From assembly GCA_031367385.1 (NCBI GenBank), contig JANLPS010000457.1, forward strand, positions 1-25,598: a stretch of 25,598 nucleotides of DNA, read 5' to 3'. Below the pieces are notes generated by a model, which saw only the letters and a list, made by a program, of their open reading frames with translations, was not told the DNA's origin and did not search any database. Of the stretch, positions 18,023 through 25,598 are shown in pieces (the stretch's first letter is position 1; every line of letters starts with the position of its first letter). Position numbers and translations under genes: made by a program. This stretch comes from Archangium sp. Its GTDB lineage: Bacteria; Myxococcota; Myxococcia; Myxococcales; Myxococcaceae.

Positions 18023-19669
18023 ATGTCCGCTCCCGAACGTTTTGCGACCCATCAGGTCGAGAACCAGGTGCCGGTGCTGGGCGCCTACAATGCCTATTCG
18101 ACCGACACCGCGCTGCGCGAGGCCATCGCTCGCGAGGGTGGGGCCTGGGCCGACGGCGATCTCACCTCGTATGGAGCGGTCGCTGGCGGCGAGCTGATGC
18201 AGCTCGGGTACACCGCCAACGAGAACAAGCCCAAGCTGCGCGGGTTCGACCGCAACGGCCAGCGCATCGACGAGATCGAATTTCATCCTGCGTACCACCG
18301 GGTGATGCAGCTCGCGATGCAGGCTGGCATTCACTGCTACGCGTGGACGCACGAGAAGCAGCCCGGCGCCCAGGTGGCTCGATCGGGGCTCTTCTACCTG
18401 AGCTACCAAGCCGAGAGCGGCACCTGCTGCCCGCTGACCATGACCTCGGCCGTGGTACCGGCCTTGAGGCACAACCCGGCGCTTGCCGAGGTGTGGCTGC
18501 CTCGGGTCACTTCGCTCGAGTACGACCCGCGCTCGCTGCCTGCCGAGGCGAAGCGGGGTTGCACGATGGGCATGGGCATGACCGAGAAGCAGGGCGGGTC
18601 AGATGTTCGGGCGAATACGACCACCGCCACGCCGCAGGGCGACGGCAGCTACGAGATCATCGGCCACAAGTGGTTCTTCTCGGCGCCGATGTGCGACGCG
18701 TGGTTGGTGTTGGCGAACGCTCCGGGCGGCATCACCTGCTTCTTGATGCCCCGCTTTCGACCCGATAGCACCCGCAACGAGATTCGAATTCAGCGGCTCA
18801 AAGACAAGCTGGGTGACTGGAGCAATGCTTCGAGCGAGGTCGAGTTTCAGGCCGCCTATGCGCAGCGAATCGGCGACGAGGGCCGCGGGGTGGCGACGAT
18901 CTTGGAGATGGTGTCGCTGACCCGGCTCGACTGCATGGTCGGCTCGGCGGGGCTGATGCGGCAGGCGACCGTGCAGGCGCTCCACCACGCAGAGCGTCGC
19001 AAGGCCTTCGGCAAGCGGCTGATCGAGCAACCGCTGATGCGCAACGTACTGGCCGACCTGGTGCTCGAGGTCGAAGCGGCGACGGCGTTGTCGTTTCGGG
19101 TGGCGCGGGCGGTCGATGGGCGCGCACGTGACCCGCACGAGGCGGCGCTGGCCCGGTTGGGTACGGCGCTGGGCAAGTATTGGGTGTGCAAGCGGGCACC
19201 GGTGTTGGTGAATGAAGCCCAAGAATGCCTGGGTGGCGCGGGGTACGTGGAGGAGTCGAGCCTTTCGCGGTTGTACCGGCAGGCGCCGCTCAACTCGATT
19301 TGGGAGGGCTGCGGCAACATTCAGTGCCTCGATGTGCTGCGGGCGCTGGCGAAGGAGCCTGAGACGCAGACGGCGTTCTTCAAGGAGCTCGGGGCGGCGA
19401 AGGGCGCGAACGCGGAGCTGGATCGGGAGACGCAGTCTTTGATGAAGGCGTTCGATGACCGTTCGACGCTCGAGATGCGGGCGCGGCGGGTGGTCGAGCG
19501 AATGACGCTGGCGCTGCAGGCATCGATTTTGTTGAGGTCGGGCAACGCTGAGGTAGCTGACTCGTTCTGCAAATCGCGGCTGGGTGATGACCACGGAGCG
19601 GCGTTCGGCACGTTGCCACCGAGCGCGGCGATCGATGCGTTGATCGCGAGGGGTACGCTGGCTGGGTGA
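18023..19669 (+). CDS. AidB-like acyl-CoA dehydrogenase
   Basis: THQVENQ, FHPAYH, CPLTMT, MGMTEKQGGSDV, GHKWFFSAP, RLKDKLG..SNAS.EVEF, ECLGGAGYVEE and NSIWEG.GN; 548 aa is typical of the AidB clade. Confidence 0.93.
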   Translation: MSAPERFATHQVENQVPVLGAYNAYSTDTALREAIAREGGAWADGDLTSYGAVAGGELMQLGYTANENKPKLRGFDRNGQRIDEIEFHPAYHRVMQLAMQAGIHCYAWTHEKQPGAQVARSGLFYLSYQAESGTCCPLTMTSAVVPALRHNPALAEVWLPRVTSLEYDPRSLPAEAKRGCTMGMGMTEKQGGSDVRANTTTATPQGDGSYEIIGHKWFFSAPMCDAWLVLANAPGGITCFLMPRFRPDSTRNEIRIQRLKDKLGDWSNASSEVEFQAAYAQRIGDEGRGVATILEMVSLTRLDCMVGSAGLMRQATVQALHHAERRKAFGKRLIEQPLMRNVLADLVLEVEAATALSFRVARAVDGRARDPHEAALARLGTALGKYWVCKRAPVLVNEAQECLGGAGYVEESSLSRLYRQAPLNSIWEGCGNIQCLDVLRALAKEPETQTAFFKELGAAKGANAELDRETQSLMKAFDDRSTLEMRARRVVERMTLALQASILLRSGNAEVADSFCKSRLGDDHGAAFGTLPPSAAIDALIARGTLAG

Positions 19670-19683
19670 TTATTGGCCGCTGG

Positions 19684-19773
19684 TCCTGAGGGACTCGAAG
19701 GACCCTGACACGGCGTGTGTCCTTCAGACTCAGCGGGTCCTTCGACTGCGGCCCTGCGGGCCTTCGCTCAGGA
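19684..19773. repeat. REP-like nested palindromic element
   Basis: Outer arms TCCTGAG (19684-90)/CTCAGGA (19767-73); TCGAAGGACCC (19695-705)/GGGTCCTTCGA (19735-45); inner hairpins GACAC/GTGTC and GGCCC-tgc-GGGCC. Confidence 0.7.
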
Positions 19774-19839
19774 TGAACGGGTGTTTACACACGTGCTCAC
19801 TCGCCGGCCGGCCTCAACGGTGCTACGCGCGCCGCACCT

Positions 19840-21525
19840 ATGACACGGTTCGGGCTCTTCAGCGCAGCAGTGGTTCTCGCGATTGCCGGGTGTGGCCTCG
19901 CCCCCGGTGGCGACTCGTCTCTCCCAGTCGACGACGCCGACGCGACCGCCGAGCTCTCGGTACCGCCCGTCTTTCGCACCAACGCCGCCTGCCCGGCCAC
20001 CACCAGCAGCGACCCGCTCGTGGTCTCGACCGATCGCGGCCCAATCAAAGGCAAGCGCAGCAACGGCGCCAACGCCTTTCTCGGCGTACCCTTCGCAAAG
20101 CCGCCCGTCGGTGAAGGCCGGTTCGCTCCGCCGCGCGACCTCGACTGCCACAGCCAGGTCATGCCAGCGATCGACTACGGGCACGCCTGCGCGCAAAGCC
20201 TCCTCGGCGTGCAAAGCGGCGACGAAGATTGCCTCTTTCTCAACGTGTGGACCCCGAAGGTCGACTCGACCGCGAAGCTGCCGGTGCTCTTTTTCGTTCA
20301 TGGCGGCGCTGAAGTGCTCGGTTCGTCGAGCCAGAACGGTGGCCTCGGCAACCTGTATGAAGGCGCCTCGTTCGCCCGCAACCAGAACGTGGTGGTGGTC
20401 TCGGTCAATTACCGCCTCGGCCCCTTGGGCTTTCTCTCGCACCCCGCGCTCGACGCCGAGACTGTTGGAGGCACCTCAGGCAATTACGGCCTTCAAGACA
20501 TCATCACCGCCCTCGAGTGGACCCAGGCGAACATCACCAAGCTCGGTGGCGACCCGAAGCGCGTGATGCTCTTCGGCGAATCGGCCGGAGCCCTCAACAC
20601 CTGCGCGCTCCTCGCCTCACCCTTGGCCAAGGGCCGCTTCACCACCGCGTTGATGGAGAGCGGTGCCTGCGAGGCCGCTCCCCCCGCTGTTCGGGCCGCT
20701 CAGGCCAAGGCGCTCATCGATGACCTCAAGTGCAAGGGCACTCCGAGCGAAATCGCCCGCTGCTTGCGCGCGAAGCCCGTCTCGAAGCTGACCGTCGAGC
20801 CGCTCGACTCGCTGAGCATCTTGCCTGTCACCAAGATCGACCTGCAGGCCGCGTGGTACCTCGGCTGGGGCCCGACCATCGACGGCAAGCTGCTGACCCA
20901 ACGCCCCATCGAGGCGATTCGAAAGGGCGAGCACAACCACATGCCCTTCGTCATCGGCACCAACGCCGACGAGACCGAGCTCTTCATGCCGGCGATCTAC
21001 AACACCTGTTTCGACGTCGCGCTCGACCAGTATCAGCGCCTTGGGCCAGACCTCGCGTCAGCCGTCTCGCAGCGCTACCCGTGCTTTTCATACCTGCTGG
21101 CGCGCCATGCCCAGGTCGCGTGGACGACCGACGCCCAATTCACCTGTGAAGCGCGGCGCATCGCCCGCGCAATGGCGGCCAACCAGTCGCAGCCCGTCTA
21201 CCGCTACCGCTACACCCACATCGGCCGAGGCTCGGCAATGACGCTGCTGCGGGCGACGCACACCGCTGAGCTGCCCTTCGTGTTCGACACCGTCGATGCC
21301 TGGGGCGGCGTCGCGACTCCCGCTGAGCAGAAGATGACCAGCGCGTTGCAGAGCTATTGGGCGAGCTTCGCGGGCACCAAGACCCCGCGCGCGCCGGGTG
21401 CTGCTGCCTGGCCCCGGTATACGACCGCGAGCGAACGCGTGCTGGTGCTCGACCAGGAGCCCGCAGCCGCAGCGAAACCCGAATCAGACCCCTGCGACCT
21501 CTGGGACAGCGTTACTCCGGGCTGA
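19840..21525 (+). CDS. Type-B carboxylesterase, predicted lipoprotein
   Basis: Lipobox IAG-C; FLGVPFAKPP, EDCLFLNVW, NYRLGPLGFL, FGESAG (Ser), GTNADE (Glu), ATHTAEL (His). Confidence 0.94.
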   Translation: MTRFGLFSAAVVLAIAGCGLAPGGDSSLPVDDADATAELSVPPVFRTNAACPATTSSDPLVVSTDRGPIKGKRSNGANAFLGVPFAKPPVGEGRFAPPRDLDCHSQVMPAIDYGHACAQSLLGVQSGDEDCLFLNVWTPKVDSTAKLPVLFFVHGGAEVLGSSSQNGGLGNLYEGASFARNQNVVVVSVNYRLGPLGFLSHPALDAETVGGTSGNYGLQDIITALEWTQANITKLGGDPKRVMLFGESAGALNTCALLASPLAKGRFTTALMESGACEAAPPAVRAAQAKALIDDLKCKGTPSEIARCLRAKPVSKLTVEPLDSLSILPVTKIDLQAAWYLGWGPTIDGKLLTQRPIEAIRKGEHNHMPFVIGTNADETELFMPAIYNTCFDVALDQYQRLGPDLASAVSQRYPCFSYLLARHAQVAWTTDAQFTCEARRIARAMAANQSQPVYRYRYTHIGRGSAMTLLRATHTAELPFVFDTVDAWGGVATPAEQKMTSALQSYWASFAGTKTPRAPGAAAWPRYTTASERVLVLDQEPAAAAKPESDPCDLWDSVTPG

Positions 21526-21883
21526 GCAGGGTAGCGAGCTCTTCGATTTCGAAGGGCTTGGCCAGGTGATCATCAAAGCCGGCGTTGAGCGCCTCGATCT
21601 TGTCTGACGGCTGGGCGCGGCCGGTCATCGCGATCAGGCGCATCTTCTTGCCAGCGAGCGAGGCCCGCATGCGCTTGGCGACCTCGTAGCCATCGATGTC
21701 AGGCAGCCCGACGTCGATCAGCACCACGTCATACTCGGCCTGCGAGAACTCAGCGACGGCGCCGAGGCCATCACTGGCGGTGGTGACGGCATGACCCAGG
21801 TCTTCGACGAGGGCTTGAAGCGTCTCTCGAAGAATCTCGGAGTCTTCGACGAGCAGAATTCGGAGCTTGGCGGCGGCAGACAT
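21512..21883 (-). CDS. Single-domain response regulator (receiver)
   Basis: RILLVED, VVLIDVGLPDIDGYEV (phospho-Asp), IAMTG and GFDDHLAKP; ATG at 21883. Confidence 0.92.
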   Translation of the reverse strand: MSAAAKLRILLVEDSEILRETLQALVEDLGHAVTTASDGLGAVAEFSQAEYDVVLIDVGLPDIDGYEVAKRMRASLAGKKMRLIAMTGRAQPSDKIEALNAGFDDHLAKPFEIEELATLLSPE

Positions 21884-21960
21884 TTCGATTGCCACTGTAC
21901 CCGACAGGTGAGGCGTTCGCCTCAATGGTTTCGGCCGGCACCTGGTACCATCGCGCGCAC

Positions 21961-23139
21961 ATGGGTGTGCAGCAGGTCGTACAAGAGGCGATGGCGAACG
22001 TGCTCGAAGCCAGGCGTCGCGGTTTGATGCACGTGTCGCTCGAGGGGCGCGAAGGCAAGACCGTCACGCTCCCGGGTGGGCGCAAGGTTCGCGAGTTCAT
22101 CAACTGCAGTTACCTGGGGCTCGACCAGAACCCGCGGGTCATTGCGCGTGGCAAAGACCTCCTCGACGCGTGGGGGGTGCACTTCTGCTCGGCGCGCACC
22201 CGGTTTTCGATCGCGCCCAACCGTGAGCTCGAAGAGGGCCTCAGCCGGTTCTTCGGTGGTCGGGCGATCACCTTCCCCTCGGTGACGGCGACGCACTTGT
22301 CGGTGCTGCCGTTGGTCGCCAGCGGTGCAATCTGGGGTGGCACGCGCCGCAGCAGGCTCATCTTCGACCGCTTTGCGCATGCCTCGATGGCGTCGCTCAA
22401 GGGCATGCTCCGTGAGAGTTGTCGGGTCGAGACCATTGGCCACAATGATCTCGACGCGCTCGAGACCCAGTTCAAAGAGGCCGCCGAGGCGAACGAGTGC
22501 GCCGTGTTCGTCGCCGACAGCGTCTATTCGATGGGGGGGCGCTGCCCGCTCAATGAAGTGCTGGCCCTGGCCGACCGCTACGACGGCAAGCTCTACCTCG
22601 ACGATGCGCATGGCACGTCGATCTTCGGGCCCAGGGGTGAGGGCGCGGTCTTCGAGACGCTCGGCGCGGTCAACCCGCACATCATCTCGACGTTCTCGCT
22701 CTCGAAGGGCTTCGGCACCAATGGCGGAGGCGTCGTGGTGCCCTCGGTACAAGAAGAAGACGTGGTTCGCTTCTTCGGCACCTCGTACGCGTTCAGTGGG
22801 TCACTCGATTATTCGGCGATGGGGGCGGCGATGGCGTCGCTCGAGCTGCACCTCGACGGCACGGTCGCAGGCCTGCAGAAGCGGCTGCACCAGCGAGTGG
22901 CCATGTTCGATGCGCTGCGTGGCACGGCGGCGCACGCCTTCAGCCCGATTCGAATGGTGCCGCAAGCGTCGGCCAGCGCCGCGCTCGAGACCGGTGAGCG
23001 GCTGATCGAGCGTGGGTATTTCGTCTCGGTCGTGATGTTCCCCGTGGTGCCGCGTGATGCGCCGCAGCTGCGGGTGTGCCTGTCGGTCGATCACACCGAT
23101 GACGACCTGAAGGGGCTGTGTGCCGCGCTCGGTGGCTGA
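21961..23139 (+). CDS. PLP-dependent alpha-oxoamine synthase family enzyme (BioF/KBL/SPT-like, class II aminotransferase fold)
   Basis: FINCSYLGL, DRFAHASM, HNDLDAL, DSVYSMGG, LYLDDAHG, FSLSKGFG (PLP Lys), FPVVP...LRVCLS; start taken at ATG 21961. Confidence 0.88.
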   Translation: MGVQQVVQEAMANVLEARRRGLMHVSLEGREGKTVTLPGGRKVREFINCSYLGLDQNPRVIARGKDLLDAWGVHFCSARTRFSIAPNRELEEGLSRFFGGRAITFPSVTATHLSVLPLVASGAIWGGTRRSRLIFDRFAHASMASLKGMLRESCRVETIGHNDLDALETQFKEAAEANECAVFVADSVYSMGGRCPLNEVLALADRYDGKLYLDDAHGTSIFGPRGEGAVFETLGAVNPHIISTFSLSKGFGTNGGGVVVPSVQEEDVVRFFGTSYAFSGSLDYSAMGAAMASLELHLDGTVAGLQKRLHQRVAMFDALRGTAAHAFSPIRMVPQASASAALETGERLIERGYFVSVVMFPVVPRDAPQLRVCLSVDHTDDDLKGLCAALGG

Positions 23140-24334
23140 GTCGACCCGCGCGCGAGTCGACGCGGAGGCGCCCGAGCTGGTGCGTGCGTTCGCCGAGCAG
23201 CTGCGACGTCGACCCGCGCTCAAGGGCATTTCGCTGCTGGCGGCGCCAGTCACCTTGCCCGTCGCGGCTCGCGCGTTCATCGCCCGGCAGTGCGAGCTGG
23301 TGCGCTCGGCATTGCTTCGAGTCGCCACAGCCGCGCGGTGGAACCTCGAGCTGCCGATGCCGGAGGGCCTGGCTCGACTGGTCGACTCCGAGTCGCTCGC
23401 CTTGCCCCGGCTCGACGCCTGCAGGCTCGACGCGTTCTGTGATGCAGACGGGGGGGCGCTCCAGTTTTTGGAGATTCAGGCCGGAGACCCGAGCGGTCTC
23501 GGCATGGCTGACGCGGCGCTTGGGTGCATGCGGTCTCTTGGCGCGCCGGCCCCGTATTTTTTCGAAGCGCGACGGCAACAGGTGCTTCGACAGTGGCGAG
23601 GGCCAGGGCTCCCACGGGTCGCGGTGGTGAACGAAGACGCGTCGTTCGTGCTCTCTGACACCGAGCTGATGGCCGAGGCGCTGCGCGCGAACGGGCACCA
23701 GGCCCAGCGCGTCGATGCTCGCCGATTCACGTTCGAGGGCGGTCGGCTCGAAGCCGAGGGTGCGCAGTACGACGTGATTCTTCGAGACAGCCACGAAGAG
23801 CTCGGCCCGGCGACAGAAGGCCTCAACCGGGCGCTCGAAGCGGGCCTGCCGCGGTTCAACCCGCTGCGCGACGTGTGGTTCGACGACAAAGGGTGCTTCG
23901 CGATGCTCTGGGAGCAGCTCGGGGCCTTGCCGGCTGACGAGCGCGAAGCCGTTGAACGGCATGTGCCACAGACCGTGCGGGTGACCGACGCATCACGGGC
24001 CCGCTTGGTCTCCGACCGCCCGGGGTGGGTTCTCAAACCGGCGCAGGGGTACGGCGGGTTCGGGGTGGTGATCGGCCGAGATGTCGATGACGCGACCTGG
24101 AGCACTGCGCTGGTGAGCCCTCGGCGCATGGTGGCCCAGCGGTACGTCGAGGTGCCTCGGCAGCCCGTCGCCCGGGTCGTGGGCGAGGGGGTCGAGTGGC
24201 GCGAACAGTATGTGACCTTGAGCTTCTGGCTCCACCAGGGCCGGTTTTCGGTCGCTTACGCACGCGCCGGCGAGCGCCGAGTCGTGAATGTGCACCAGGG
24301 CGGCGGGCTGGGGCCGTTGATTTTCGAGGGCTGA
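23120..24334 (+). CDS. Circularly permuted ATP-grasp (glutathionylspermidine synthase-like) amide ligase
   Basis: RLD (RxD), FLEIQAGDPSG (variant of ExN), DDKG.FA.L, VPQT, WVLKPAQGYGGFGVVIG, VAQRYV and VNVHQGGG; start overlaps the upstream stop (GTG 23120 or 23132). Confidence 0.8.
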   Translation: MPRSVAESTRARVDAEAPELVRAFAEQLRRRPALKGISLLAAPVTLPVAARAFIARQCELVRSALLRVATAARWNLELPMPEGLARLVDSESLALPRLDACRLDAFCDADGGALQFLEIQAGDPSGLGMADAALGCMRSLGAPAPYFFEARRQQVLRQWRGPGLPRVAVVNEDASFVLSDTELMAEALRANGHQAQRVDARRFTFEGGRLEAEGAQYDVILRDSHEELGPATEGLNRALEAGLPRFNPLRDVWFDDKGCFAMLWEQLGALPADEREAVERHVPQTVRVTDASRARLVSDRPGWVLKPAQGYGGFGVVIGRDVDDATWSTALVSPRRMVAQRYVEVPRQPVARVVGEGVEWREQYVTLSFWLHQGRFSVAYARAGERRVVNVHQGGGLGPLIFEG

Positions 24335-24412
24335 GGGGCTGGCAGAGTCTCGGAATATGAGAATTGTTACGCCGGGTTGCACAGACCCATTGGGTTGTGT
24401 GTAGAAACGACC

Positions 24413-24943
24413 ATGGCCCCCGTTCGACCGACGACAACCCCTCCGCTGCTGCCGAAGGCGACTGACAAGACCGAAGCACCCAAGGGCGACTATTCGGTCA
24501 AGAAGGGCGACACGCTCGAGAAGATCGCCACGAAATTGGTGACCGACTCCGGCGGCACCGCGACCAAAGCGAACGTCGCGAAGGCCCTGGCTGCGCTCAA
24601 GAAGGCGAACCCAGAGCTCGTCACGGCCGCGCGCGATGGTGGCAACAAGATTCGCATCGGCGATCAGGTCAAATACCCCAAGCTCGACGCGCAGGGTGGT
24701 TGGGCTTCGGCAGGGGCCGCGAGCAACGCAGGCGCTCCGACCAAGGCGAGCGCGGCGGCCGCGAAAGATCAGATGGGCACGCTCAAGCTCGACAAAGAGC
24801 TGACCGAGGCCGCCCGCACGTTCTCGACGAAGCGGCCCACTGCCGACGAGGCCAAGCAGCTCAACGGCCTGCTCGAGCGCATCAAGACCGATGCCCCCAA
24901 GCTGCTCGACACGCCGGCAGCCCGCGTGCTAAGGCCCGGTTGA
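24413..24943 (+). CDS. LysM-domain protein with Ala/Lys-rich C-terminal region
   Basis: YSVKKGDTLEKIA...LKKANPEL...NKIRIGDQVKYP; ATG at 24413; no clear signal peptide. Confidence 0.82.
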   Translation: MAPVRPTTTPPLLPKATDKTEAPKGDYSVKKGDTLEKIATKLVTDSGGTATKANVAKALAALKKANPELVTAARDGGNKIRIGDQVKYPKLDAQGGWASAGAASNAGAPTKASAAAAKDQMGTLKLDKELTEAARTFSTKRPTADEAKQLNGLLERIKTDAPKLLDTPAARVLRPG

Positions 24944-25068
24944 TGCCTGACGCGACCTCAGCCGAGCCACCGCGCCTGCCCGATGACGTGCAGTCGAAGC
25001 CGGCTCGACGCGAGCAGCCCGCTGAAGTCGAGATGGCGCCTCGCCGGCCGCGACAGCCGCTCGAGTAA
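24943..25068 (+). CDS. 41-codon ORF, either a coupled peptide or the frameshifted C-terminus of the LysM protein
   Basis: ATG overlaps the LysM stop (TGATG) and its TAA abuts the next GTG; MPDATSAEPPRLPDDVQSKPARREQPAEVEMAPRRPRQPLE. Confidence 0.35.
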   Translation: MPDATSAEPPRLPDDVQSKPARREQPAEVEMAPRRPRQPLE

Positions 25069-25598
25069 GTGAAGGCCTCCTCACGAACGCGGCTGCCGGT
25101 CGATCAGGCCCTCACCTCGACCGTCGACAAGGCGTTGAAACGCAACCTGGGCGAGCTTCGTGATTACACCGCCGCTTTTCACGAGCGGTGGCACCGCTGG
25201 GGCGTCACCACCATTCGCGGCTCGGGCTGGTCATTGCGCCCGATGTTCTTGCCGGCGCGCAAGCTTGATTTCGTGGCTGCGTCGCTCCACGCGCGGCTGT
25301 CGGCGTTGCGGCACCACCTGCGCTCGCTCAGTCAGCGGCCAGGGCAGCTCGGCAAGGTGCTACCGCTGCCCAAGGGCTTCGAGCGCGCGATTGATGTCGA
25401 CGCCGGGCTCGCGTCGCAGGAGTGGCTCGCCCACCTTCGCCCCGACGGTTTTCTCTTCGAAGATCGATTCGTGCTCAGCGAGATCAACTTCGGCAATGGT
25501 CTGGCCGTCAGCTGTGGCTACACCGAGGTCGTGCATGACTACTGGCGCGGGCACCCGGTGCTGCGAAAACTGGGGCTGAACGTGGCCCAGCTGCACCG
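25069..25598 (+). CDS. Second circularly permuted ATP-grasp-like protein (5' part; runs off the window)
   Basis: Translated by hand from GTG 25069 and open to the window end: MKASSRTRLPVDQAL...LRPMFLP...AHLRPDGFLFEDRFVLSEINFGNG; contains RxD and ExN motifs; not in the supplied ORF track. Confidence 0.7.
   Translation, partial: MKASSRTRLPVDQALTSTVDKALKRNLGELRDYTAAFHERWHRWGVTTIRGSGWSLRPMFLPARKLDFVAASLHARLSALRHHLRSLSQRPGQLGKVLPLPKGFERAIDVDAGLASQEWLAHLRPDGFLFEDRFVLSEINFGNGLAVSCGYTEVVHDYWRGHPVLRKLGLNVAQLH

Noticed and set aside
12471..23139. BioF-like gene as biotin supply for pyc
   Set aside because: The genes are 6 kb apart with unrelated genes between them, no bioA/B/D is present, and the PLP enzyme is coupled to an ATP-grasp gene instead. 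The bioF symbol was therefore withheld.
24380..24400. Imperfect dyad around ACCCA-T-TGGGT upstream of the LysM gene
   Set aside because: It is short, with no U-tract or second copy, and cannot be distinguished from chance.
25160..25596. ORF-track entries 25160..25579 (+) and 25360..25596 (-)
   Set aside because: They are out-of-frame or antisense shadows of the ATP-grasp-like CDS starting at 25069.

Overview
A GC-rich bacterial chromosomal window, most likely Myxococcota. This is inferred from a MYXO-CTERM-like tail, a Myxococcus-type Cys-rich repeat and DAG-rich linkers. It holds about 25 densely packed genes. From left to right: a hexapeptide sugar N-acetyltransferase, a 43-aa membrane microprotein, a CDP-dideoxyhexose block (rfbG-rfbH-rfbF) followed by lipA, a PilZ protein, an HxlR/SCP2 regulator, a pectinacetylesterase-family lipoprotein, an acyltransferase, dps, and a desaturase-hydrolase pair divergent from a TetR gene with three tandem palindromic operators. 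Then come a frameshifted secreted-protein gene, pyc, a surface-anchored beta-helix protein, a hypothetical protein, an AidB-like acyl-CoA dehydrogenase, a REP-like palindrome, a carboxylesterase lipoprotein and a lone receiver domain. The right end is the least explained part: a BioF-like PLP alpha-oxoamine synthase coupled to a circularly permuted ATP-grasp ligase, then a LysM protein, a 41-codon ORF and a second ATP-grasp gene that runs off the window and is absent from the supplied ORF track. This is a candidate uncharacterised peptide/aminoketone biosynthetic or protein-modification system. No rRNA, tRNA, CRISPR array or transposase was recognised. All calls come from reading motifs by eye; no database search was run.
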